DNA of 46,259 bases, from the NCBI GenBank assembly GCA_051294375.1, contig CM119270.1, positions 10,728,274-10,774,532 on the forward strand, read 5' to 3'. Each line of letters opens with the position of its first letter. Position 1 is the stretch's first letter. Positions 12,574 to 23,951 of this stretch are shown piece after piece. Origin of the DNA: Paraspadella gotoi (lineage: Eukaryota; Animalia; Chaetognatha). Both the position numbers and the translations under genes were made by a program. A model generated the notes under the pieces. That model ran no database searches and had not been told where the DNA came from. It saw only the letters and a list, made by a program, of their open reading frames with translations.

Positions 12574-13725
12574 ACGACCTAAAAGGTAGTCACGCATATC
12601 AACCTTGTTATTAGAATTTAAATATAAGTTTTGATCGCAAAACCATGTAAAAGAGTTAAACAAAAATAGAGAGCGTCATTTTGAATTCTTCAGTGTCATA
12701 ATTGAAAAAAAAAAATAACGTTCTATATTATATGACTCGTTCTATCGTTTATTTTTTAATCTTATTAATTTCATAAATTTATGTGCTTATAAGAAAAGAA
12801 TATAGAAGTTATACATTTATAATAAAAATAGTATTCAAAATAATTTAATTTTATTGTAAAGCTTATATTACATAAAAGGGGAGACAAAAAAATCTAACAC
12901 CACTTACAAAATTTCTCGTTCAACTCTCCAGAGATTTCCCAAAATCGGTCGGACTACTGAAACCACAGCAACGAAAGCGATCGGGAAAAGATTTTGAAAC
13001 ATTCGTTGTTGACTGTTTTTTTTTGTTAAGTCTCTTGGCTAATTGTTAATTTATTTTTGATTCACTAGTGGTTGAAAACTTGTTAAATAAAAATGATTGC
13101 ATCGAAATTGCATTGTCATTCCTTTTCGGAGGCAATCTGGCAGAGATAAAGAATACCACTTAAAGAAAGCTACAGCTAAATCATCATTATATTTACAATA
13201 TTAGAAATTTAGAACCTTTTGTATTCCTGATGCTGCCTTCTTCAATACAATTATTTTACAGTAAAAAAAAATTTCATCAGTAAGTCGCAATATTTTTCCT
13301 TTCTATCACGCATGAAAGATTTCCATCACGAAACCCGGATCGGAAATTCCGTCAAACTTACGCAAAAAGTAATCGTCGACCACGAAATGAAAAAAAAAAA
13401 GATAAAAAGCGATAAAACCGACAAGGTCTCCCTTGACGTCGTCTCACTCCAGATTTTTTCCTCGTCCTCTTCCCTCTCTCATTTTCGAATTCCGGGGTTT
13501 TATTTCTGTGGCTTTTTCTTTCTTTTCTTTTCTTTTTCCTTTGATTTGTCTCGATCCTCCAATCAACGTTTAAAACTTTCTCGAGGTTCGTCGTCATGGT
13601 TTGTCGTCGTCGTTATCGTCGTTGTCATGGTCCGTTCTCGTCTTCGTTTGTCTTTTCCCGTTGTCTTTTTTTTCGTCTTTGTCGTCGCCTTTTGACGAAT
13701 TCCAAACTCTCTCTTATCTCCTCTT

Positions 13726-13757
<32 letters not shown>

Positions 13758-14055
13758 CTCCTCTCTCTTCTCTCTCTCTCTCTCCTCGCCTCGCATGTCC
13801 CGAAACCAGTTGACGGAACTTACCCTCGAGAATTTCCTCTCTCTCTCTCCTCCTCCTCCTCCTTCTTCTCGATAATTCGCCGTTGCAATAACAACCTCGA
13901 TATACACGAAACCTCGACGGGGACAATCGTTTCCACCTGAGGGAAACATTTGACGTCGTCGTCATTGTTTTCGCCGTCTTTGTTGATGAGCTGTCAACGC
14001 TCTGGGTTAAAAAAACTTGAGTGAGTTTTTGTTTTTGTTCAGGCTCTTATGTTTG

Positions 14056-14088
14056 CGATTCGTTTCATCGATCAATGAAACGAAATCG
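14056..14088. other. Near-perfect palindrome/hairpin
   Basis: CGATT-CGTTTCAT-C-GATC-A-ATGAAACG-AAATCG: a 22-bp core with one mismatched pair, centred on GATC. Confidence 0.7.
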
Positions 14089-14094
14089 ATTGGT

Positions 14095-14300
14095 TTAACT
14101 TTCCTGATATGAAGCCAGGTACTCTGGGAGTGAATAAACGAGACTGTGAGAGAATCTTTATTGAAAGCTTTCAGGGACTTGCTGTGTCATTATCTTGTAT
14201 GAGTGATGGATGCCTTACGCCCCCTAAGTCAGGGACAGGATAGCTTATTTATAAAATAAATGGATAATTTTATATTTTTTGTACCAATTTCATGAAATCT
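14095..14300 (+). repeat. Dispersed repeat segment, forward copy (also about 21378-21585)
   Basis: GAAGCCAGGT..GTGAATAAACGAGACTGTGAGAGA..GAAAGCTT..TGTCATTATCTTGTA..TGTACCAATTTCATGAAATC matches the reverse complement of 16225-16460. Confidence 0.7.
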
Positions 14301-15356
14301 TTATTAACCAACTCGGCGGTAGAAGCTCTAATTCTATGTAGATTTTAAGGTCTTATGAAAATTTGCAAATTACTTGTTTCACTATTTTCTATTTTTATAT
14401 TTTATGAAGGATTTAGTATTTAATCTATATTATTTAAACAAAACTGAAGAATTTTCAATTTGGTTAAAGAATCGACATCAAATACGACAGAGACGTCCCG
14501 GATGAATTGTAAATATCTAATTGTAGGGTCATCACTAATTGCTGTTTATCAATGAACAGAGATGACGTTATCAAGAAATCCGCTGGTCACCTACTTTCTG
14601 GCTGTGTGAAGAGAGAGGGAGAGAGAGAGAGAGANNNNNNNNNNNNNNNNNNNNNNNNNNNNNNNNNNNNNNNNNNNNNNNNNNNNNNNNNNNNNNNNNN
14701 NNNNNNNNNNNNNNNNNNNNNNNNNNNNNNNNNNNNNNNNNNNNNNNNNNNNNNNNNNNNNNNNNNNNNNNNNNNNNNNNNNNNNNNNNNNNNNNNNNNN
14801 NNNNNNNNNNNNNNNNNNNNNNNNNNNNNNNNNNNNNNNNNNNNTCTTTGTTTCCTAAGAAGGGTCAAAATGTTTTCGAGTTTCGTATCTGTAATCTAAG
14901 ATATTAGGAAAATTAAATGAACAATTTTTTTGGAAAAACAGACTTCAGACGAAAGGGTAAAATAATTTGAGAAATTCAGCTGGAATATTGCTATTGTTTT
15001 TAAAAAAAACGCTTGCATAAAATATGAAACTTGTTTTAATGTCAAAGATGACGAGATGACAGCTTTGTCTTATAATAACCCTTTGGAAATACAATGAGTT
15101 AATTGACATTCCTGAATTTTGATTAAACTGTGATGAAAGCGCCGTTTTAAACGGACGAGATCGAGAGACTCAGGAGACTAAATCTCGTTTTGTTTCTTTG
15201 TCTCTCCTGTCGAATGCCTGTCAAATTATCTCTCTCTCTCTCTCTCTCTCTNNNNNNNNNNNNNNNNNNNNNNNNNNNNNNNNNNNNNNNNNNNNNNNNN
15301 NNNNNNNNNNNNNNNNNNNNNNNNNNNNNNNNNNNNNNNNNNNNNNNNNNNNNNNN

Positions 15357-15392
<36 letters not shown>

Positions 15393-15862
15393 CAGGAATG
15401 CACTATAATTTTTTGTCCCAGTTTGCAATAAATCATTAAGCGAAGAAACATTCACGAAAAAAAATATATTGGTTTTGCAACACATTCTTCATAATTGATG
15501 GAAATAAAACAGTTGAAACGAACATTTATGGAGAACTTTGAATATAAATATCATAATGATAATTTAGTAAAATATCACTCTCTTTTATACATAACTTCCA
15601 AAATGTAGAATACATGAATTTTCTTCACAATGCTATCCCCAGACAATATTATCCCAAAATCAATTTTGGTCTCTTGTAATAAAGATATTCACATAAATCT
15701 GTTGCGATCAAAAAAGACTGTGAGAATGAAAAGAGCTTTGAACCAACTGAGGTGAAGTTAATAAAAAAACTCACTAAACTCTTTCGCGCTCGGATTAAAA
15801 AACATTAATTTCCGCAGAGAAAATCTCCCTTCTCTTCTTTTCCGTAACGACATTCGAAAAAC

Positions 15863-16194
15863 GGGGAGAACTGGGGAGAGGGATGGAGTCGGGGGGAACT
15901 GGGGAAAGGGANNNNNNNNNNNNNNNNNNNNNNNNNNNNNNNNNNNNNNNNNNNNNNNNNNNNNNNNNNNNNNNNNNNNNNNNNNNNNNNNNNNNNNNNN
16001 NNNNNNNNNNNNNNNNNNNNNNNNNNNNNNNNNNNNNNNNNNNNNNNNNNNNNNNNNNNNNNNNNNNNNNNNNNNNNNNNNNNNNNNNNNNNNNNNNNNN
16101 NNNNNNNNNNNNNNNNNNNNNNNNNNNNNNNNNNNNNNATGGAGTCGGGGAGAACTGGGGAGAGGGATGGAGTCGGGTTGGGGACTGGGAAGGG
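15863..16194 (+). repeat. 28-bp G-rich minisatellite (mostly gapped)
   Basis: Unit GGGATGGAGTCGGGGAGAACTGGGGA(G/A)A on both sides of the 15912-16138 gap. Confidence 0.85.
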
Positions 16195-16224
16195 TGTATT
16201 CCTCTTTTATAAACTGTCTTTTAA

Positions 16225-16460
16225 CTATGTATGAAATTGGTACAACCAATATAAAGCCTCCACCACTCTTACAAGATAATGACATAGCAGGTTTTTGCAA
16301 GCTTTCATTCAAGACTCTCTCACAGTCTTGTTTATTCACTTCCAGTGAACCTGGCTTCCCTATCAATGAAGTGGTAAAATATTTCAAAGAATGTTTCAAT
16401 TGTTTAAAATTGGTATGTACAACTAATATAAAAATAATCCATTCATTTAATAAATAATAA
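16225..16460 (-). repeat. Same repeat family, inverted and diverged by substitutions (also about 23370-23600)
   Basis: Reverse complement reads GAAGCCAGGTTCACTGGAAGTGAATAAACAAGACTGTGAGAGAGTCTTGAATGAAAGCTT..TGTCATTATCTTGTAAGAGTG..TGTACCAATTTCAT. Confidence 0.7.
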
Positions 16461-16534
16461 TACTTTGGACAGGCTTTGGTGGTATATAATCTTTATACTT
16501 TCGGTTCGTGGTCTCTTTGGTATTCTGCGGTTTT

Positions 16535-16597
<63 letters not shown>

Positions 16598-18815
16598 TTC
16601 TCTCTTTCTCTCTTTCTCTCTCTCTCTGCTCAATTTCTTTTTTCTCTCCTCTCACTCTCCTGTTCTTGATAAAATCCGTGACCTTCAAATATGTCTTCTC
16701 CATCACTCACGCATTATCCGNNNNNNNNNNNNNNNNNNNNNNNNNNNNNNNNNNNNNNNNNNNNNNNNNNNNNNNNNNNNNNNNNNNNNNNNNNNNNNNN
16801 NNNNNNNNNNNNNNNNNNNNNNNNNNNNNNNNNNNNNNNNNNNNNNNNNNNNNNNNNNNNNNNNNNNNNNNNNNNNNNNNNNNNNNNNNNNNNNNNNNNN
16901 NNNNAGACTATAAGCGTTATGTGTTTGAGACCCGTGAAATGAACTCTTGAAGGCGCGTGGGAAATAGATATTGAAATCTAATGGGGAGAGCGGATCGGAG
17001 AGGAGGAGAGAGGAAATAAGAGGAAATAGACAAAAACCATAGAATTAAAGTAATTACAAAATTAAAAATGGAAAAGGCACGTGTACCAATCCCCCCTCAT
17101 TAGGCAATTTTAAAATCTTTATATTTTGGCTAACCAATGTTTATTTTTTATACCACAACTCCTCTTATTTTACAATAAAGAACCGAAAAGAGGGTCCTAT
17201 GGCAACAGTCGGGTTGCCTGTGATGCCCATTGGGATGTGTACACTTTCATAGCACCTAACTGGTATGTCACATTGGGTGCGGTATACGCACTGGATGTTA
17301 ATTATCAGAACAATTCAATCATACATCGAAAGCCGTTGATTCTACATTCAAACAAAGGTTTTTTCCCACGGTTTCTAATTCGTTGATTTTTATTAAAAGT
17401 TAACGAACGTAAAGGCTAAGTTTACCCGATTTTTTTTTAGTAAAAGATATTTCTGTTGTTTCTATATATTTAAGTATTTATTTAGTTTAAAACAAGTAGC
17501 AAACGAGCGGGTTGTCAGAATTGAGACCGAATGAATCAAGTACAAAATTGTCAGTATTTAATACCCAGCCATCCCGGATCATCGACACGGGCCTGGTTTT
17601 CCCATGGCATTGAAGCCCATCTTGTGATTGGTGGCTTTCACTATGGTGGTTCGGTCCAAATGAGAGGACAGAATCCGGCTTTCGTAAGATTTTAAACATA
17701 CGAGTCGCGGATTCCGATTCTATTTTTCGGTCAGTTATTCAGTTTTCTTTTCGTACAGTTTTATTACGAGGAAAAAAGATTTCGTTGATCCTGTATTTAC
17801 TTTTTTTTTTGATCAACACAAACAAAAGAATTCTTCTATGCATTTTCATTTACCAACCGAACCAAACCGTTTCGAAAACTATTCTGGCAGTAAGTAGTTA
17901 CAGAGGGCACGTGGAGTACAGATACAGGGGCAGTGGTCAGTGGCAGTAGCAGTTACAGCTGGCTGTGGTACAGCGCAGGGGGAAGACGGGAGAGGTAAAG
18001 ATCAACGTCGACATTGACGCTGGGAAAGATTGTATTTTTTATTTTTAAAGATCTAATCAACTGTGAGCGTCATCCTTATTTTATTATATCAGGTGAGAAG
18101 AGAGGAGGGAATAGAGAGTAGTACTAAAAACAGAATCCTCTTTTAAAGATTATAATAGAAAAGATTTTTTTTACTTTCGCACATGGGTCTATTTTGCTTT
18201 GGGGTCCTGTTTATTCAATACAATGGTTGCTTCGTCGCATATTTCGCCGAGGGCTCAGCGGATTTTTTAATGGACAATCTCTCTCCTCTCTCTCTGCTCG
18301 TCTCTCGTCTCTCCCTCTCATCCCTCTCTCTCTCCTGCTCATCGTCTCTCGTCTCTCTCTTCTCCGGTCTCGTCCGTCTCTCTCCTATGCTATATCTGCT
18401 CTCCTCTCGGCTCTCTCTCTCTCTCTGCTCTCAACTCCCTTTCCAATTTCTATCTTTTCCTATGATCCTTTGTTTCTTAAGGTCCGTCGCACGTTTTTGT
18501 TTTATCACGGTAATACCAGAGGGCGATCGACCTTTTCGCCTCGACCGACCAGACGCGCCTTTCTCTTCCCGTTTTCTTTCTTTCGTTTCCTATTCTTTTT
18601 GGTTTTATTTTATTGTTCCTTGTTTACGTTTTATTTCTTAAAGTTCCTGAGATATTACTGGTCAAAACTAAACATTTTAACTAAAAGAGTGCGTGAAGTG
18701 AGCTCCTTCACTTATTGTATTTAGTTGCATTCGTATATGTATCCAATGTTGTAACCTCTATTGTATAGTCATCGTTCAATCATGCATTATAATGTGCATG
18801 ATTTAATATTTAACA

Positions 18816-19786
18816 GTGAAAAAGAATTCACTTAAAAAAGTGTGACATTAATCAGTCGCTTCAAAATGTATGCTTCGAGAAAAAATAGCAGGTCGATTCC
18901 GTCTAGATTCGGCTACATGGCTACTTGTTCCACTGGGATCACCAACGAAATCTTTTGGACGAAAAGACAATTTCATTGATCGGGTCACATTAGAAATTAT
19001 GGACCGTTGTCCTAACTATTAGGTCGTGCACTTGGACCGTCACCTGATTGGAATGGTAACTCTCGTCTTCTGCCAATGGAGATGAATGGGGCCTTCACCG
19101 CATTTAACTCTTGCCTCTGATCCTCTGGCAATATCAAAGCGAATTTGGAAAAGAGTGAGCATTCACGACTCCGTTACACCAAATTCTTGACGTCTCTCTC
19201 TTACTGTTAAGAATAAAGACACAAAAAAACAAAAACAGACTTTCACTAACATCATGTTTCGCATTTGCTCCATTCCGTGGCATTCTGAACCATGCTACCA
19301 CAGAACCCTGTCGTCAAGCATCTTCGAATTCGCAATCAGCTAACTGTCCTCGTCGTATGTGGACGTCCACTCCGAAATACGGAATCCTCACATTGTCAAC
19401 AGCGTCAATGGAGCAATTCGCCAACGTTGAACCAGAAGAGCAACGCCTCGTGCCTTCTCAAATCGCTCGTCTTCTTAAGGGCCGATCGTTGGAACCGTAC
19501 GTGCCCGGTATCAAGCGGCGAAACCCACGATGGAGGGACATGCTCAAAGCTCGAAGAGTATGAGGCTCTGGGGAAAAGAGAATTCCAGACTCAACTCGGA
19601 GGCGATCCGCCTGCCGCCGACGACACGTTCGACTGCTCCCGGCGGCCCAGAGGATGTGGACGCCCTCACCTCTCGGCAGAAACACCTCTCTTTGGACGCG
19701 TTGGTGAAAAGACGGACTCTCGATGGCGGAAGCTCTAACCAAGATGCCTTTCATCAAAGGAGAGTGGTCAGAGACGAAAAAACTAA
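18816..19786 (+). pseudogene. Frameshifted copy of the 11642-12573 ORF (real pseudogene or read-error copy)
   Basis: Fragments MEQFANVE, LVPSQIARLL, LEPYVPGI, EEYEALGK and EDVDALTSRQKH occur in shifting frames. Confidence 0.6.
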
Positions 19787-22519
19787 CGACCTAAAGGAGC
19801 GCCACTATCAACATGTATCACGTTAATATCAACCTTTGTATTAGAATTTAATATAAGTTTTGATCGCAAACCATGTAAAAGAGTTAAACCAAAATAGAGA
19901 GCGTCATTTTGAATTCTTCAGTGTCATAATTGAAAAAAAAAAATAACGTTCTGATTTTATGCCTTTATTTGATCTTATTAATTTCAATAAATTTATTTGC
20001 TTATAGAAAAGAATATATAAGTTATACATTTAAATAAAATAGTATCAAAATAATTTAATTTATTGTAAAGCTTATATTACATAAAAGGGGAGACAAAAAA
20101 TCTAACACCACTTACAAAATTCCTCGTATCAACTCTCCAGAGATTCCCAAAATCGGTCGGACTACTGAAACCACAGCAACGAAAGCGATTCGGGAAAAAG
20201 ATTTTGAAACATTCGTTGTTGACTGTTTTTTTTTTGTTAAGTCTCTTGGCTAATTGTTAATTTATTTTTGATTCACTAGTGGTTGAAAACTTGTTAATAA
20301 AAAATATGCATCGAAATTGCATTTGTCATTCCTTTTCGTGAGGCAATCTGGCAGAGATAAAGAATACCACTTAAAAGAAGCTACAGCTATATCATTATAT
20401 TACAATATTAGAAATTTTAGAACCTTTTGTATTCCTGATGCTGCCTTCTTTCAAACACATTATTTTACAGTAAAAAAAAATTTCATCAGTAAGTCGCAAT
20501 ATTTTTCGCTTTCTATCACGCCATGAAAGATTTCCATCACGAAACCGGATCGGAAATTCCGTCAAACTTACGCAAAAAGTAATCGTCGACCAGACGAAAT
20601 GAAAAAAAAAAGATAATAAGCGATAACCGACAAGGTCTCCTTGACGTCGTCTCACTCCAGATTTTCCTCGTCCTCTTCCCTCTCTCATTTTCGAATTCCG
20701 GGGTTTTATTTCTGTGGCTTTTTCTTTCTTTTCTTTTCTTTTTCCTTTGATTTGTCTCGAATCCTCCAATCACACGTTTAAACTTTCTCGAGGTTCGTCG
20801 TCATGGTTTGTCGTCGTCGTTAATCGTCGTTGTATATGGTCCGTTCTGGTCTTCGTTTGTCTTTTCCCGTTGGTCTTTTTTTTCGTCTTTGTCGTCGCCT
20901 TTTGATCAGAATTCCAAACTCTCTATTCTTCTCTTCATGCATCTCTCTCGTTCTTCTTCTCTCTCTCCTTCTGTCTTCTCTCCTCTCTCTTCGTCTCCTC
21001 TCTCCTCTCTCCTCTCTCTCTCTCTCTCTCTCTCGCCTCGCATGTCCCGAAACCCAGTGACGGAACTTACCCTCGAGAATTTCCTCTCTCTCTCTCTCCT
21101 CCTCCTCCTCCTTCCTTCTCGATAATTCGCCGTTGCAATAAAACCTCGATATACACGAAACCTCGACGGGGACAAATCGTTTCGCACCTGAGGGAAACAT
21201 TTGACTCGTCGTCATTGTTTTTCGCCGTCTTTGTTGATGAGCTGTCAACGCTCTGGGTTAAAAACTTGAGTGAGTTTTTGTTTTTGTTAGGCTCTTAGTT
21301 GTCATTGCGCTACTTACGTTTGTTTGCATCGATTCAAGTCTATTCAATCGAATCATCGATGATAAGCGAATCGATTGTTTAACTTTCCTGATATGAAGCC
21401 AGGTACTCTGGGAGTGAATAAACGAGACTGTGAGAGAATCTTTATTGAAAGCTTTCAGGGACTTGCTGTGTCATTATCTTGTAGAGTGAATGGATGCCTT
21501 ACGCCCCCTAAGTCAGGGACAGGAATAGCTTATTTATAAAATAAATGGATAATTTTATATTTTTTGTACCAATTTCATGAAATCTTTATTAACCACTCGG
21601 CGGTAGAAGCTCTAATTCTATGTAGATTTAAAAGGTCTTATGAAAAATTGGCAAATTACTTGTTTCACTATTCTTAATTTTTATATTTTATGAAGGATTT
21701 AAGTATTTAATCTATATTTATTTAAACAAAACTGAAGAATTTTCAATTTGGTTAAAGAATCGACATCAAATACGACAGAGACGTCCGGATGAATTTTGTA
21801 AATATCTAATTGTAGGGTCATCACTAATTGCTGTTTACAAGTGACAGAGATGACGTTATCAAGGAAATCCGCTGGTCACCGTACTTTCTGGCTGTGTGAA
21901 GAGAGAGGGAGAGAGAGAGAGAGAGAGAGAGCGAGCAACTTGACTGCAAAGTCGAGTGTTTGTATAACAATTTTCCCGGCACCCTAGTGCTTCAGAAGCT
22001 TAAGGCCGAAAACGGGAACAGCCTGTGTGTGTGTGTTGTGAGAGAGAGAGAGGTGAGAGAGAGAGAGAGAGAGGAGAGCCGAGAGAGAGAGGAGAGAAGA
22101 GAGAGAGAAACAAAACCATGGCAATATTCTTCCAATCTTTGTTTTTAAGAAGGGTCAAAATGTTTTCGAGTTTCGTATCTGTAATCTAAAGATATTAGGA
22201 AAATTAAAATGAACATTTTTTTTGGAAAAACAGACTTCAGACGAAAGGGTAAAATAATTGAGAAATCAGCTGGAATATTGCTATTGTTTTTAAAAAAACG
22301 CTTGCATAAAATATGAAACTTGTTTAATGTCAAAGATGACGAGATGACAGCTTTGTCTTATAATAACCCTTGGATATACAATGAGTTAATTGACATTCCG
22401 AATTTTGATTAAACTGTGATGAAAGCGCCGTTTTAAACGGACGAGATCGAGAGACTCAGGAGACTAAAATCTCGTTTTGTTTCTTTGTCTCTCCTGCGAT
22501 CGCCTGTCAAATTATCTCA

Positions 22520-22586
<67 letters not shown>

Positions 22587-23063
22587 CTCTCTCCACAGGA
22601 ATGCACTATAATTTTGTCCGGTTTGCAATAAATCATTAAGCGAAGAAACATTCACGAAAAAAAATATATTGGTTTTGCAACACACTTCTTCATAATTGAT
22701 GGAAATAAAACAGTTGAAACGAACATTTATGGAGAACTTTGAATATAAATATCATAATGATAATTTAGTAAAATATCACTCTCTTTTATACATAACTTCC
22801 AAAATGTAGAATACATGAATTTTCTTCACAATGCTATCCCAGACAATATTATCCGCAAAATCAATTTTGGTCTCTTGTAATAAGGATATTCACATAAATC
22901 TGTTGCGATCAAAAAGAACTGTGAGAATAAAGAGCTTTGACCAACTGAGGTGAAGTTAATAAAAAAAACTCACTAAACTTTCGCGCTCGGATTAAAAAAC
23001 AATTAATTTCCCGCAGAGAAAATCTCCTTCTTCTTTTTTTCCGTAACGACATTTCGTAAAAAC

Positions 23064-23333
23064 GGGGAGAACTGGGGAGAGGAATGGAGTCGGGGGGAAA
23101 GACTGGGGAAAGGGAGTGGGGGAGGAACTGAAGGGAAGGGATGGAGTCGGGGAGAACTGGGAAAGGGAGTGTGGGGAGAACTGGGGAGAGGTTTGGAGTC
23201 GGGGAGAACTGGGGAAAGGGAGTTTGGGGAGAACTGGGGAAAGGGATGGAGTCGGGGAGAGGAAGCTGGGGAGAGGATGGGAGTCGGGGAGAACTGGGGA
23301 AAGGGATGGAGTCGGGTTGGGGACTGGGAAGGG
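23064..23333 (+). repeat. 28-bp G-rich minisatellite, about 10 imperfect units, G-quadruplex potential
   Basis: Repeated GGGATGGAGTCGGGGAGAACTGGGGAAA and shorter variants, with many G3-G4 tracts separated by short loops. Confidence 0.9.
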
Positions 23334-23680
23334 TGTTATTCCTCTTTTATGAACTGTCTTTTTAACTATGTATGAAATTGGTACAACCAATTATAAGGCC
23401 TCCACCACTCTTACAAGATAATGACATAGCAGGTTTTTGCAAGCTTTCATTCAAGACTCTCTCACAGTCTTGTTTATTCACTCCAGTGAACTGGCTTCCC
23501 TATCAATGAAGTGGTAAAATATTCAAGAATGTTTCAATTGTTTCAAAATTGTATGTACAACTTAATATAAAAATTATCCATTCATTTAATAAATAATAAT
23601 ACTTTGGACAGGCTTTGGTGTAATATAATCTTTATACTTTCGGTTCGTGGTCTCTTTGGTATTTCTGCGGTTTTGCTTTT

Positions 23681-23733
<53 letters not shown>

Positions 23734-23898
23734 TCTCTTCTCTCTCTCTCTCTTCTCTCTTTTCTCTTTCTCTCTTCTCTGCTCAATTTCTTTTTCTCTC
23801 CTCTCACTCTCCTGTTCTTGATAAAATCCGTGACTTCAAATATGTCTTCTCCATCACTCACGCATTATCCGGATTTAGCCGCACCCGCCGTGTTCCAT

Positions 23899-23950
<52 letters not shown>

Positions 23951-23951
<1 letters not shown>

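Larger units (their letters stand above)
9340..17235 (+). repeat. Tandem duplication, copy 2 (cleanest copy; contains four N-gaps)
   Basis: Shares 9340-13245 with copy 1 and about 10470-17235 with copy 3 (e.g. 17190 GAGGGTCCTATGGCAACAG = 24235). Confidence 0.9.

Noticed and set aside
15758-16399. 213-aa minus-strand ORF with Pro/Ser repeats
   Set aside because: It crosses a 227-N gap and a 28-bp (non-triplet) minisatellite, and its 5' part is a dispersed repeat.
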